A DNA stretch of 64,000 nt from an uncultured Clostridia bacterium (GTDB lineage: Bacteria > Bacillota > Clostridia > TANB77 > CAG-508). Position numbers and translations under genes: made by a program. Under the pieces are notes generated by a model, which was not told the origin of the DNA, did no database searches, and was given only the letters and a program-made list of their open reading frames with translations. The stretch lies in NCBI GenBank assembly GCA_934133175.1, contig CAKPAX010000001.1, positions 28,387 through 92,386 on the forward strand. The letters run 5' to 3'. Shown here piece after piece: positions 18,502-28,259 of the stretch. The number at the start of each line of letters is the position of its first letter. Within the stretch, counting starts at the first letter, position 1.

Positions 18502-20736
18502 ATGGGAAATATAGTTTTATTAGATGATTTAACAATAAATAAAATAGCAGCAGGAGAAGTTATAGAAAGACCTGCTTCTGTAATAAAAGAGATGATAGAA
18601 AACTCAATTGATGCAGGAGCGAAGAATATAACAGTAGAAATTAAAAATGGTGGAATATCATATATAAGAGTAACTGATGATGGAAAAGGAATTGCAAGTG
18701 ATGATCTGGAAATTGCATTTGAAAGGCATGCAACAAGTAAAATTAGATGTGCGGATGATTTAGAAAATGTAAAATCTATGGGATTTAGAGGTGAAGCTTT
18801 AGCTAGTATTGCAGCTATAGCTAATGTTGAATTGGTATCAAAAACAAATAGCCAAGAGACAGGATATAAAATAACCGTAGAAGGTGGAAAAGTATTAAAC
18901 AAAGAAGAAATTGGATGTCCTACAGGAACTACAATTACGGTGAAAAATTTATTTTTTAATACGCCAGTAAGATATAAATTCTTAAAAAAAGATTATACAG
19001 AATCAGGATATATAGAAGATGCAATTACAAGAATTGCTTTAGTTAATCCTAATATATCATTTAAATTAATAAATACTGGAAAGACAGTAATTCAAACAAA
19101 TGGTAACGGAGATTTAAAAACAGTTGTATATAGTATATATGGAAAAGACGTTGCAGATGGAATATTAAATGTTAACTATAATTATGAAGATATTAATATT
19201 GTGGGAGTAGTAGGAAAACCAGAAATAGCGAGATCTAATAGATCAAATCAATTATTTTTTGTAAATAAAAGATATATAAAAGATAAAACTCTATCTTCAG
19301 CAACAGAACAAGCTTTTAAAGGTATGCTTCCGATTGGAAAATTTGGTTTTGTAGTTTTAGATTTAGAAATGGATCCAAGTAAAGTAGATGTTAATGTACA
19401 CCCAGCAAAATTAGAAGTAAGATTTGAAGATGAAAATAAAGTATTTAAAGCAATATATCACGCTATAAAAGATACATTACTAAAATCTGAATTGGTAGCA
19501 AATACAACTAAAGAAAGTGTAGTTGAAGATGTTACAAAGAGAATAGAAACAATTAATGATGAAAAAAAATTAGAAGAGAAAATTCAATTAAAAGAAAATA
19601 AAGATGAACCAAGCTTATTTAAAAGAATAGAAGAAATAAATAAAAAGAATGAAGAAAAAAGTGCATTAGTTAATATTCCAAAAGTAGATATACCAGAATC
19701 TACAGAAAATATATTAAATCAATTAAAACAATTACAAGAAAAATTAAAAAAAGAGACTGAAGAAAATAAGAAAAAAGAAAAAATTGAAATTGAAGAACAT
19801 GAAAGACTAGAAGAAAAGGAAGAAAAAATAAAAGAAACAGAAGAAGAAAAAGAGAATGTAATTGTTGATGAAATAAAAGAAAAAAATGAAAATGGTGAGA
19901 CAGAAAGAAAAGAAGAGACACCAAGTGAAATTGCTAAAAATGAAGAATTTAAAAAACTAAAAGAACAAATAGATATGCTAAGAAAAGCGGAAGAACAGGA
20001 AACAGAAAATTTTGATCAAATGTATGAAAAAACTTTTGGAAATAAACCAATAGGAATTATTCAAGAAGAAAAAGAAGCGGAAAAACAAATTGATGCCGAA
20101 GACATTTTTGAAAACACTGAAAATGTTTCTGTATTTGAAGATATTGAGGAATATAATAAACCAACATATAAATTTATAGGAATAGCATTTAAAACATATA
20201 TTATTCTTGAGATGAATAAGGAGATGTATATATTAGATCAACATGCTGCTCATGAGAGAATTATGTATGAACAAATAAAGAAAAATTATTATAATAATTC
20301 TACAAAAGACTCACAGATGTTACTTTTACCAGATGTGATAACATTAACACATAAAGAGATGGATATTGCAAAGGAAAATATGGACATGTTTAGAAGGGCT
20401 GGATTTACTTTAGAAGAATTTGGAGAAAATACAATAAAATTATCAGGAGTTCCAAATATATGTGTTGATTTGAATACTAAAGAATTATTTTTAGAAACTC
20501 TTGATGAAATAAATACTGTTGCAAGAACTGCAAAACAAGAAAAAGAAGAAAAATTTATAGCAACAGTTGCATGTAAAGCAGCAGTTAAAGCTAATATGGC
20601 GTTAACAAAAGAAGAAGTGGATAGTTTAATGGATCAATTATTAAAATTACCTAATCCATTCACATGTCCGCATGGAAGACCAACAGCAATAAAAATGACG
20701 AAATATGATATCGAAAGAAAATTTGCAAGAAAATAG
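18502..20736 (+). CDS. mutL: DNA mismatch repair protein MutL
   Basis: IAAGEVIERPASV.KE..ENS.DAGA, GFRGEAL, and C-terminal dimerisation/endonuclease region with QHAAHERI and CPHGRP. SD GGAGG lies 6 nt before the ATG at 18502. Confidence 0.95.
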   Translation: MGNIVLLDDLTINKIAAGEVIERPASVIKEMIENSIDAGAKNITVEIKNGGISYIRVTDDGKGIASDDLEIAFERHATSKIRCADDLENVKSMGFRGEALASIAAIANVELVSKTNSQETGYKITVEGGKVLNKEEIGCPTGTTITVKNLFFNTPVRYKFLKKDYTESGYIEDAITRIALVNPNISFKLINTGKTVIQTNGNGDLKTVVYSIYGKDVADGILNVNYNYEDINIVGVVGKPEIARSNRSNQLFFVNKRYIKDKTLSSATEQAFKGMLPIGKFGFVVLDLEMDPSKVDVNVHPAKLEVRFEDENKVFKAIYHAIKDTLLKSELVANTTKESVVEDVTKRIETINDEKKLEEKIQLKENKDEPSLFKRIEEINKKNEEKSALVNIPKVDIPESTENILNQLKQLQEKLKKETEENKKKEKIEIEEHERLEEKEEKIKETEEEKENVIVDEIKEKNENGETERKEETPSEIAKNEEFKKLKEQIDMLRKAEEQETENFDQMYEKTFGNKPIGIIQEEKEAEKQIDAEDIFENTENVSVFEDIEEYNKPTYKFIGIAFKTYIILEMNKEMYILDQHAAHERIMYEQIKKNYYNNSTKDSQMLLLPDVITLTHKEMDIAKENMDMFRRAGFTLEEFGENTIKLSGVPNICVDLNTKELFLETLDEINTVARTAKQEKEEKFIATVACKAAVKANMALTKEEVDSLMDQLLKLPNPFTCPHGRPTAIKMTKYDIERKFARK

Positions 20737-20744
20737 AGGTTAAA

Positions 20745-21176
20745 ATGATAGTTATAATTTCAATAATTACAATAATATTATTTGCAGTTTTAATAGCTTG
20801 TACATGGCATGAATTAGGGGATGTCGAAAATAAAATAAAAATTATATATATAGTTTTGGGATTGTTAATTATAGCGTTTATAACATTAATAGTATTTAAT
20901 ATTTCATCATCAAATATTAATTATGAAAAATTAGAAATGAAAAATGATATAAAAAAGATGTTGGTATTAGTTTTTACACCAGTAAATGCATTGTTTTTAA
21001 TGCCATCATTTGCAAAATTATTTGATAAAATAAAAAACAAGGAAATAAAAAGAGAAAAGTTAAAATTTGAAATATTAAAATTGTTAGTAATTTTTATAAT
21101 AGTTATAATTATAGAATATAATTATTTGATAAATACACAATTAGGTATTATGGAAATATATAAAAAACAGAAATAG
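20745..21176 (+). CDS. hypothetical membrane protein
   Basis: 143 aa with 3-4 hydrophobic segments; SD present. Confidence 0.55.
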   Translation: MIVIISIITIILFAVLIACTWHELGDVENKIKIIYIVLGLLIIAFITLIVFNISSSNINYEKLEMKNDIKKMLVLVFTPVNALFLMPSFAKLFDKIKNKEIKREKLKFEILKLLVIFIIVIIIEYNYLINTQLGIMEIYKKQK

Positions 21177-21185
21177 AGGTGTAAT

Positions 21186-22106
21186 ATGTCAAAACCTAAA
21201 GTTATAGTAATATGTGGACCAACAGCTTCTGGAAAAACAGCATTGTCAATAGAACTTGCTAAACAAATAGATGGTGAGATTATTTCTTGTGATTCTATGC
21301 AAATATACAAAGATATGAATATAGGAACAGCAAAACCAGATGAAGAAGAAAAACAAGGAATAAAACATTATTTAATGGATTTTGTTTCACCTGATGAAAG
21401 ATATAGTGTAGCAGATTTTAAAAGAGATGCAACAAGGGCTATTAAAGAAATATTAAATAAAGGAAAAATGCCAATAATAGTTGGGGGAACAGGGCTTTAT
21501 GTAGATAGCCTGATATATGGCATAGAATACAATGAAATAAATGTTGACGAAAAATATAGAAAACAATTAGAAGAAAGAATAAATAAAGAAGGATTTGAAA
21601 TATTATATCAAGAAGCAAAAAAAATAGATCCAATAGCAATTGAAAAAATAAGTCATAATGATAAGAAAAGAATAATGAGAATATTAGAAATATATAAAGC
21701 AACTGGAAAGACAAAAACAGAACAAGAAAAAGAATCTAGAAAAAATGAAGTGGAATTTGATTACAAAGTATTTGCAATTAATATGGATAGAGAAAAGTTG
21801 TATGAAAGAATTAATAAAAGAGTAGACATTATGATTGATAAGGGGTTAATTGAAGAAGTAAAAAGTTTGAAAAGCAAATATAATAAATTTCCTACAGCAA
21901 TGCAAGGGTTAGGTTATAAGGAAGTAGTGAAATATTTAGAAAAAGAGTATGACAGGGAAACGATGGTTGATATAATAAAACAAGAAACAAGAAGATATGC
22001 CAAAAGGCAATTAACATGGTTTAGAAAAAATAAACAAACAGTCTGGCTTGATGGATTAAATGATATGCAAAATAATATTGATATTATTTTGGAGGGTATA
22101 AATTGA
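21186..22106 (+). CDS. miaA: tRNA dimethylallyltransferase
   Basis: GPTASGKT P-loop, SCDSMQIYKDMNIGTAKP, RRYAKRQLTWFR. Confidence 0.95.
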   Translation: MSKPKVIVICGPTASGKTALSIELAKQIDGEIISCDSMQIYKDMNIGTAKPDEEEKQGIKHYLMDFVSPDERYSVADFKRDATRAIKEILNKGKMPIIVGGTGLYVDSLIYGIEYNEINVDEKYRKQLEERINKEGFEILYQEAKKIDPIAIEKISHNDKKRIMRILEIYKATGKTKTEQEKESRKNEVEFDYKVFAINMDREKLYERINKRVDIMIDKGLIEEVKSLKSKYNKFPTAMQGLGYKEVVKYLEKEYDRETMVDIIKQETRRYAKRQLTWFRKNKQTVWLDGLNDMQNNIDIILEGIN

Positions 22107-23360
22107 AAGAAAATAATGAAGAAAAAAAGACTAATAAAGTCACCAAAAATAGAATATTGATTTCAATAGTTTTATTAATTATATCTGCATATGTTATTTA
22201 TGCAATATATCTTTTGATAAAAGATCCTACAGATACTTTTACAGTTGAAGAAGGGACTGTATCGCAAGAAGAAACTGTTGCACGGTTATATAATAAGAGA
22301 TGAAAAAGTAATAAAAGGTGAAAATTACAAAAATGGTATGATACAAATAATTTCAGAAGGTAATAGAGTAGCTAAAGGAGAAAATGTTTTTAGGTATTAT
22401 AGTAAAAATGAAAGCAATTTACAGGAAAAAATACAAAAGTTAGATGAAGAAATTCAAACAGCTCTATCAAACGAAAATGACTTGTATTCACCTGATATAA
22501 AACAAATAGAAAAAGAAATTGATGAGAAAACGGAAAAACTAAATGATTTGAATGATATACAAAAAATAGAAGAATATAAAAAAGAAATAAATAAGCTAAT
22601 TACAAAAAAGGCAAAAATGGTTGGTGATTTAAGTTCGTCTGGTTCGTATATAAAGAAATTAATAAAAGAAAGAAGCGAATATGAAAATCAATTAAATTCT
22701 GGAGCTGAGTATGTAAAAGCCCCTAATAGTGGGTTAGTATCTTATAAGGTTGATGGATTAGAAGATGTACTTACAACAGAAGATTTTAGCTCATTAACAA
22801 AAGAAAAACTAGATAATCTTAATATAAAAACTGGAAAGATAATATCAAGTAGTGAAGAAAATGGAAAAATAATTAATAATTTTGAATGCTATATTGCAAC
22901 TGTATTGAAAAAAAGAGAAGGGCAAGAAGTAAAAATTGGAACAGCAGCCAAAATAAGATTATCAAGTGGACAAGAATTAAGTACAAAGGTAACATATGTT
23001 AGTGAAGAAAATGATGATTATGTAGTAGTATTTCAGTTAGATGAGTTAACTGATGAATTAATAAATTATAGAAAAATTTCTTTTGATATAGTTTGGTGGA
23101 GTTATTCAGGATTAAAAGTGCCAAATCAGGCAATTGTAGAGGAAAACAACAAAAAATATGTTGTTAGAAATAGAGCAGGATATTTAAGTAAATTGTTAGT
23201 AAAAGTTTTAAAACAAAATGAAAAATATTCATTAGTTACAACATATACATCAGATGAACTAAAAGATATGGGATATAGTAATTCAGAAATTAATTCGTAT
23301 AAAAAAATAACTTTATATGATGAAATTTTATTAAACCCAGATTTAGAAAAAGTTAAATAA
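22103..23360 (+). CDS. HlyD-like/membrane-fusion-type protein (N-terminal TM anchor + coiled coil + barrel), split by a +1 frame change at the CGG codon 22283-22285
   Basis: Track pieces are 22103-22303 and 22245-23360. The second piece starts only on a TTG with no SD. Joining gives ...EEGTVSQEETVA-G-YIIRDEKVIKG.... It lies upstream of sepF. Confidence 0.7.
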
Positions 23361-23484
23361 ATATTACAATAATATTACAAAAATATTAAAAATTGAAAAC
23401 AATATCAAAAAGTATTGACAATTATCTAAAAAAGATAGATACTTATAGCAAATAAAACGAAGGTAAATTTAGGAGGTTTTTTTA

Positions 23485-23961
23485 ATGTCAGGAGCAATAA
23501 TGGATAAAGTATGGGGATTATTCGGAATGGATACAGCAGAACCAGAAGAAGATGAGAATGTATATGAATATGATAATGATTATGAAGAAGAAAATGAAGA
23601 GAATGAAGAAAGAAAATTTTTTGGAAGAAAAAATAAAGTGGTTCCAATGCCACAAGGACAAACAATAAAAATGGTTATATCACAACCAACAACATTTGAA
23701 CAATCAGAAGAAATATGTAGCTTATTAAAAGAAAAAAAATCTGTAATAGTTAATTTAGAGTATGTTAATAAAGATGTTGCAAGAAGAATAATTGATTTTA
23801 TTAGTGGTGGAGTTTATGCTTTAGATGGGCATATTCAAAAGATTTCAAATTCAATATTCTTAATAGCACCAATGAATTATGAAATAACAAACGAAATGGC
23901 AAGAGAAGAAATAAAAAATAAACTTTCAGTATCTTGGCTAAAAAATAATGGAGTTAACTAA
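23485..23961 (+). CDS. sepF: cell division protein SepF
   Basis: Acidic N-terminal linker, then VISQPTTFEQSEEICSLLKEKKSVIVNLEYV...ARRIIDFISGGVYALDG (SepF core). Confidence 0.9.
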   Translation: MSGAIMDKVWGLFGMDTAEPEEDENVYEYDNDYEEENEENEERKFFGRKNKVVPMPQGQTIKMVISQPTTFEQSEEICSLLKEKKSVIVNLEYVNKDVARRIIDFISGGVYALDGHIQKISNSIFLIAPMNYEITNEMAREEIKNKLSVSWLKNNGVN

Positions 23962-23993
23962 TAAGATAAATGCGGATAAGGAGGAATAAAACT

Positions 23994-24443
23994 ATGATTA
24001 CACCTCTTGATATAGAAAATAAGAAATTTTCAAAACAAATGATGAATGGTTACAATGTAGATGAAGTAGATGATTTCTTAGATGAATTATCAGTAGATTA
24101 TAGTAAAAATTATAAAGACGTAACAGAATTGAAAACTAAAGTTGAAGAATTAAATAAAAGTTTAGTTCAATATAAATCAATAGAAGAAACTCTTCAAAAC
24201 ACATTAGTAATGGCACAATCAACTGCTGATGATGTTAGAAATGTTGCAAAACAACAAGCTGAACAAATAATAAATGAAGCAAAAGCCAATGCCCAAAAAG
24301 AAGCAGATAATTTAGAACAAGAAATAAAATTAAAACAAAAAGAATTAGATGACGTTAAAAAACAATTTGATATATATAAAGCTAAAATGGAATCATTATT
24401 AATATCACAATTAGAATTATTAAAAGATATAAAAGAAAATTAA
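23994..24443 (+). CDS. divIVA: DivIVA domain cell-division protein
   Basis: MITPLDIENKKFSKQMMNGYNVDEVDDFLD is the canonical DivIVA N-terminus. SD AAGGAGG precedes the ATG at 23994, so the track start at 23970 is an over-extension. Confidence 0.9.
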   Translation: MITPLDIENKKFSKQMMNGYNVDEVDDFLDELSVDYSKNYKDVTELKTKVEELNKSLVQYKSIEETLQNTLVMAQSTADDVRNVAKQQAEQIINEAKANAQKEADNLEQEIKLKQKELDDVKKQFDIYKAKMESLLISQLELLKDIKEN

Positions 24444-24450
24444 AACTAAC

Positions 24451-24487
24451 AAAAGACTATCTTAAATATAAGGTAGTCTTTTTTTGT
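24451..24487 (+). terminator. rho-independent terminator
   Basis: Stem aaaagactatctt / aaggtagtctttt plus a T-run. Confidence 0.8.
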
Positions 24488-24620
24488 TAGTTTATGTAGT
24501 AAATATTACTAATTTTCTGTATTGTTACAAAACTGTTAAATATATGTTACATTTCTATTAATACTATTGACTTTAAATAAAAAAAATATAAAATATTATT
24601 ATAAATAAAGAGGTTTTATT

Positions 24621-25190
24621 ATGAGAATTATAAGTGGAACAGCAAGAGGAACAAAATTATTTACATTAGATTCTTTAAGCACTAGACCAACACTTGATAG
24701 AGTAAAAGAATCAATATTTAATATAATAAATCAAGACATACAAGGTACAGTCTTTTTGGATTTATTTTCTGGAAGTGGAGCTATAGGATTAGAAGCAGCT
24801 AGTAGAGGAGCAAAAAGAGCTGTCTTGTGCGATAAATCTAAAGATGCATGTAATATTATAAAAAGAAATATTGAAAAAACTCATTTACAAGAAAAAACAG
24901 TTTTATATAATATGGATTTTGAAAAATTGCTATGTAAATTAGAACAAAATGGAGAATGTTTTGATTATATTTACTTAGACCCACCATATAAAACTGATTA
25001 TGTTATTAAATCATTAGAACTTCTTATAAATTTAAGATTAATAAAAAATAATACACAAATAATAGTTGAAACAGATGATATAGAAAAAATTATAGATTAT
25101 ATAAATGAAAAATTTGAAATTATTAAAGAAAGAAAATATGGCAGAGCTGTAATTCTATTTTTAAAATTAAAAAATTCACAAAACACATAG
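24621..25190 (+). CDS. rsmD: 16S rRNA (guanine966-N2)-methyltransferase RsmD
   Basis: MRIISG..RG..L......RPT.DRVKESIFN, DLFSGSGA.GLEA.SRGA, DPPY. Confidence 0.9.
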   Translation: MRIISGTARGTKLFTLDSLSTRPTLDRVKESIFNIINQDIQGTVFLDLFSGSGAIGLEAASRGAKRAVLCDKSKDACNIIKRNIEKTHLQEKTVLYNMDFEKLLCKLEQNGECFDYIYLDPPYKTDYVIKSLELLINLRLIKNNTQIIVETDDIEKIIDYINEKFEIIKERKYGRAVILFLKLKNSQNT

Positions 25191-25217
25191 TAAACTAAAA
25201 CAGAAAGGGGTTAAACT

Positions 25218-25721
25218 ATGGAAATATTTACATTATTAGAAACATTGGAGGAAATTTTAGAAGGAAGTAAGAATTTACCTTTTACTTCAAAAGGCATAGT
25301 AGATAAAGAAGAATTATTAGATATTATAAAAGAAATTAGATTAAAATTACCTGATGAATTAAAACAGGCTAAATGGGTAAAAGAAGAAAGACAAAGAATA
25401 TTAGTAGAAGCCCAAAAAGAAGCTGATGGAATCGTAAAAGAAGCTGAAAATAGAATAATAGCTATGATAGATGAACATGAAATTACTAGAAAGGCATATG
25501 ATCAAAAAACAGAAATAATTGAAACTGCAAATGAAATGTCTAGAGAAATATCAAAAGGAACAAAAGAATATGCAGATACAATTTTACAAGGAACAGAACA
25601 AGTAATTACAGATACATTATCAAATTTAGAAAAAAATATGAGTGAAGCTCTAAACCTAATGCAAATTTCTTTGGAGGATACTTTAAAGACAATTCAAAAT
25701 AGTAGAAAAGAATTAGAATAA
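25218..25721 (+). CDS. hypothetical coiled-coil protein
   Basis: 167 aa, E/K-rich helical; SD AAAGGGG upstream. Confidence 0.6.
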   Translation: MEIFTLLETLEEILEGSKNLPFTSKGIVDKEELLDIIKEIRLKLPDELKQAKWVKEERQRILVEAQKEADGIVKEAENRIIAMIDEHEITRKAYDQKTEIIETANEMSREISKGTKEYADTILQGTEQVITDTLSNLEKNMSEALNLMQISLEDTLKTIQNSRKELE

Positions 25722-25733
25722 TAGTAAATTAAG

Positions 25734-25790
25734 AGTCAGAAGTCAGAAGTCATAAAATTAGATAAGATGATTTCTTGATCTGGCTTTTTA
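25734..25790 (+). terminator. long imperfect hairpin terminator
   Basis: agtcagaagtcagaagtcat pairs (with G-U pairs and a bulge) to atgatttcttgatctggct, followed by TTTTT. Confidence 0.5.
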
Positions 25791-25810
25791 TTATGAAAGG
25801 AATATATTAA

Positions 25811-28240
25811 ATGGCAAAAAGAAGATATAAGAAAAAAAGTAAAACAACATCAAAAAACAGAAGAAAAAAACAAACTTCAAATGTTAATTTAGAAGTAGTA
25901 GGAACTATAATACTTAGTATACTTTTGGCAGTATTAATATATACAAAATCTGGATATGCAGGAATTTATTTAAATGATATATTCGGTGGAATGGTAGGAA
26001 TATTAAAATATATATTGCCTATAGGAACTTTTGCAATAGCAATAAAAATCGCATGTAAAGATAATGATTATTTAACAGTTAAATTATTGCAATATGCTTT
26101 GTTTTTGTTGTGTATAGCAGTAGTAATGAGCGTATATCAAATATCAAAAGGAAATATAAATGTAAATAATGAACTTTCACAAGTTGTAAAAGATGGTTAT
26201 GAATTAGGAACAAAGGAAATTGGCGGAGGTGCATTAGGAACACTTGCTGCAATTCCATTAGTTAAACTTCTAGGAAATTTTGGAGCTGTAATATTAAGTG
26301 TAGGTATTTCTATAATGTTATTTGTATTTACTTTTGGAATAGATTTATCAAATATAATTAATCAAAAAGTAGAAAAAATGCAAGAAAGAAAAGAAGAAAA
26401 AGCTAAAAATAGAGAAATAGAAGTAGAAGAATTAAATGAGAGAAGAAGAAAAAGAAAAGAAGAAAAGAAAATCTTAAAACAAAAAGAATTAGAACAACAA
26501 GAAAATGAACAAATAAAAATTAATTTAAATGGAAGACTAATAGATGAACCAAATGAAGAAAATAAATTGAAAAAATATAATCACCAAGCAGATGATATTA
26601 TTCCACTAGGGTTAGAAAATGCACCTACCAAATTAAAACCTAAAGTAGAAAAAGAAGAAGCTACACCAGATTATATAGAAAACAATTTATTTAAACAAGA
26701 AGAAGAGAAAAAAGAAGATAAAACAAAAGAAGTTTTACAACTTGAACATGCTGTTACTGTTGAAGACGAACACTATGAGTATCCACCAGTTTCTTTACTA
26801 AGTAAAGGAAATAAAAAGGGGTTAAAAGGTGGGGCAAAAGCATTAACAGATACTGCAACAAAATTACAGAAGACATTATATAGTTTTGGAGTATCAGCAA
26901 AAGTAGAAAATGTGTCAGTTGGACCAACAATAACAAGATATGAATTAAAACCATCTGAAGGTGTAAGAGTAAGTAAAATAGCTAATTTAGCAGATGACAT
27001 AGCACTTAATTTAGCTGCAGAAACTATAAGAATTGAAGCTCCAATACCTGGTAAACAAGCTGTAGGTATAGAAGTTCCAAATAAAGAAAAAGAAGCTGTT
27101 CACTTTAGAGATGTAATAGAAAGTGAAGAATTTGAAGATAATAGTTCGAAATTAAGTGTAGCATTAGGAAAAGACGTTGCAGGACAAACTATTATAGCAG
27201 ATATTGCAAAAATGCCTCATGTTTTAATTGCAGGATCAACAGGTTCTGGTAAGAGTGTTTGCATAAATACAATCATTTCAAGCTTTGTATATAATGCAAA
27301 ACCAAGTGAAGTAAAACTTGTTATGATAGATCCAAAAGTTGTTGAACTTTCTGTATATAATGGAATACCACATTTGCTAATTCCAGTAGTTACAGATCCT
27401 AAAAAAGCAGCAGGAGCATTAGCATGGGCAGTTCAAGAAATGGATGACAGATATAATAAATTTGCACAAAAAGGTGTAAGAGATTTAAAAGGATATAATA
27501 AAGCAATAGAAAAAGAAGATGAGGCAAGAAAATTACCTCAAATAGTAATTATAGTAGACGAACTTGCAGATTTAATGATGGTTGCAGCAAAAGATGTAGA
27601 AGATGCAATTTGTAGACTTGCACAAAAGGCAAGAGCTGCTGGAATGCATTTGGTAATTGCAACACAAAGACCATCTGTAGATGTAATAACAGGCTTAATT
27701 AAAGCAAATATTCCATCAAGAATAGCATTTGCAGTATCTTCACAAGTTGATTCTAGAACAATTTTAGATCAAGTTGGAGCTGAAAAATTATTAGGAAAAG
27801 GAGATATGTTGTATTATCCAGCAGGTGCTCCAAAACCTATAAGAGTTCAGGGAGCTTTTGTATCAGATGGAGAAGTAGAAAAAATAGTTGATTTTATTAA
27901 ATCAAATGGGACAGCAAATTATAGTGAAGACATTTTAGAAACAATAGAAAATAGTAATAAATCAGATAAAGAACTTCAAGAAATGTCAGAAGAAGATGAT
28001 ACAGATCCATTCTTAATGGATGCAATTGATGTTGTAGTTGAAACAGGGCAAGCATCTACATCATTTATTCAAAGGAGATTTAAAGTTGGATATGCAAGAG
28101 CAGGAAGAATAATTGACCAAATGGAAAAAAGAGGAGTAATATCTGGATATCAAGGAAGTAAACCAAGACAAGTATTAATGTCAAAAGAAAAATGGGAAGA
28201 ATTAAAGATGAATCCAAATGATATAAAAAAAGAAGAGTAA
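25811..28240 (+). CDS. ftsK: DNA translocase FtsK/SpoIIIE
   Basis: N-terminal TM helices, E/K-rich linker, motor domain with GSTGSGKS and IVDELADLMM, and a C-terminal gamma (winged-helix) domain. Confidence 0.95.
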   Translation: MAKRRYKKKSKTTSKNRRKKQTSNVNLEVVGTIILSILLAVLIYTKSGYAGIYLNDIFGGMVGILKYILPIGTFAIAIKIACKDNDYLTVKLLQYALFLLCIAVVMSVYQISKGNINVNNELSQVVKDGYELGTKEIGGGALGTLAAIPLVKLLGNFGAVILSVGISIMLFVFTFGIDLSNIINQKVEKMQERKEEKAKNREIEVEELNERRRKRKEEKKILKQKELEQQENEQIKINLNGRLIDEPNEENKLKKYNHQADDIIPLGLENAPTKLKPKVEKEEATPDYIENNLFKQEEEKKEDKTKEVLQLEHAVTVEDEHYEYPPVSLLSKGNKKGLKGGAKALTDTATKLQKTLYSFGVSAKVENVSVGPTITRYELKPSEGVRVSKIANLADDIALNLAAETIRIEAPIPGKQAVGIEVPNKEKEAVHFRDVIESEEFEDNSSKLSVALGKDVAGQTIIADIAKMPHVLIAGSTGSGKSVCINTIISSFVYNAKPSEVKLVMIDPKVVELSVYNGIPHLLIPVVTDPKKAAGALAWAVQEMDDRYNKFAQKGVRDLKGYNKAIEKEDEARKLPQIVIIVDELADLMMVAAKDVEDAICRLAQKARAAGMHLVIATQRPSVDVITGLIKANIPSRIAFAVSSQVDSRTILDQVGAEKLLGKGDMLYYPAGAPKPIRVQGAFVSDGEVEKIVDFIKSNGTANYSEDILETIENSNKSDKELQEMSEEDDTDPFLMDAIDVVVETGQASTSFIQRRFKVGYARAGRIIDQMEKRGVISGYQGSKPRQVLMSKEKWEELKMNPNDIKKEE

Positions 28241-28259
28241 ATAAGAAAGGAGAAGAAAT

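Noticed and set aside
19500-20160. E/K-rich low-complexity stretches in mutL (about 19500-20160) and ftsK (about 26380-26720) considered as inserted repeats
   Set aside because: They coincide with the known variable linker regions of MutL and FtsK, and the frame is maintained.
25730-25760. Tandem agtcaga repeats considered as a repeat array or CRISPR-like feature
   Set aside because: There are only 2.5 copies, and they form the 5' arm of a hairpin followed by a T-run, so this is a terminator. No CRISPR-like spaced repeats were seen anywhere in the window.
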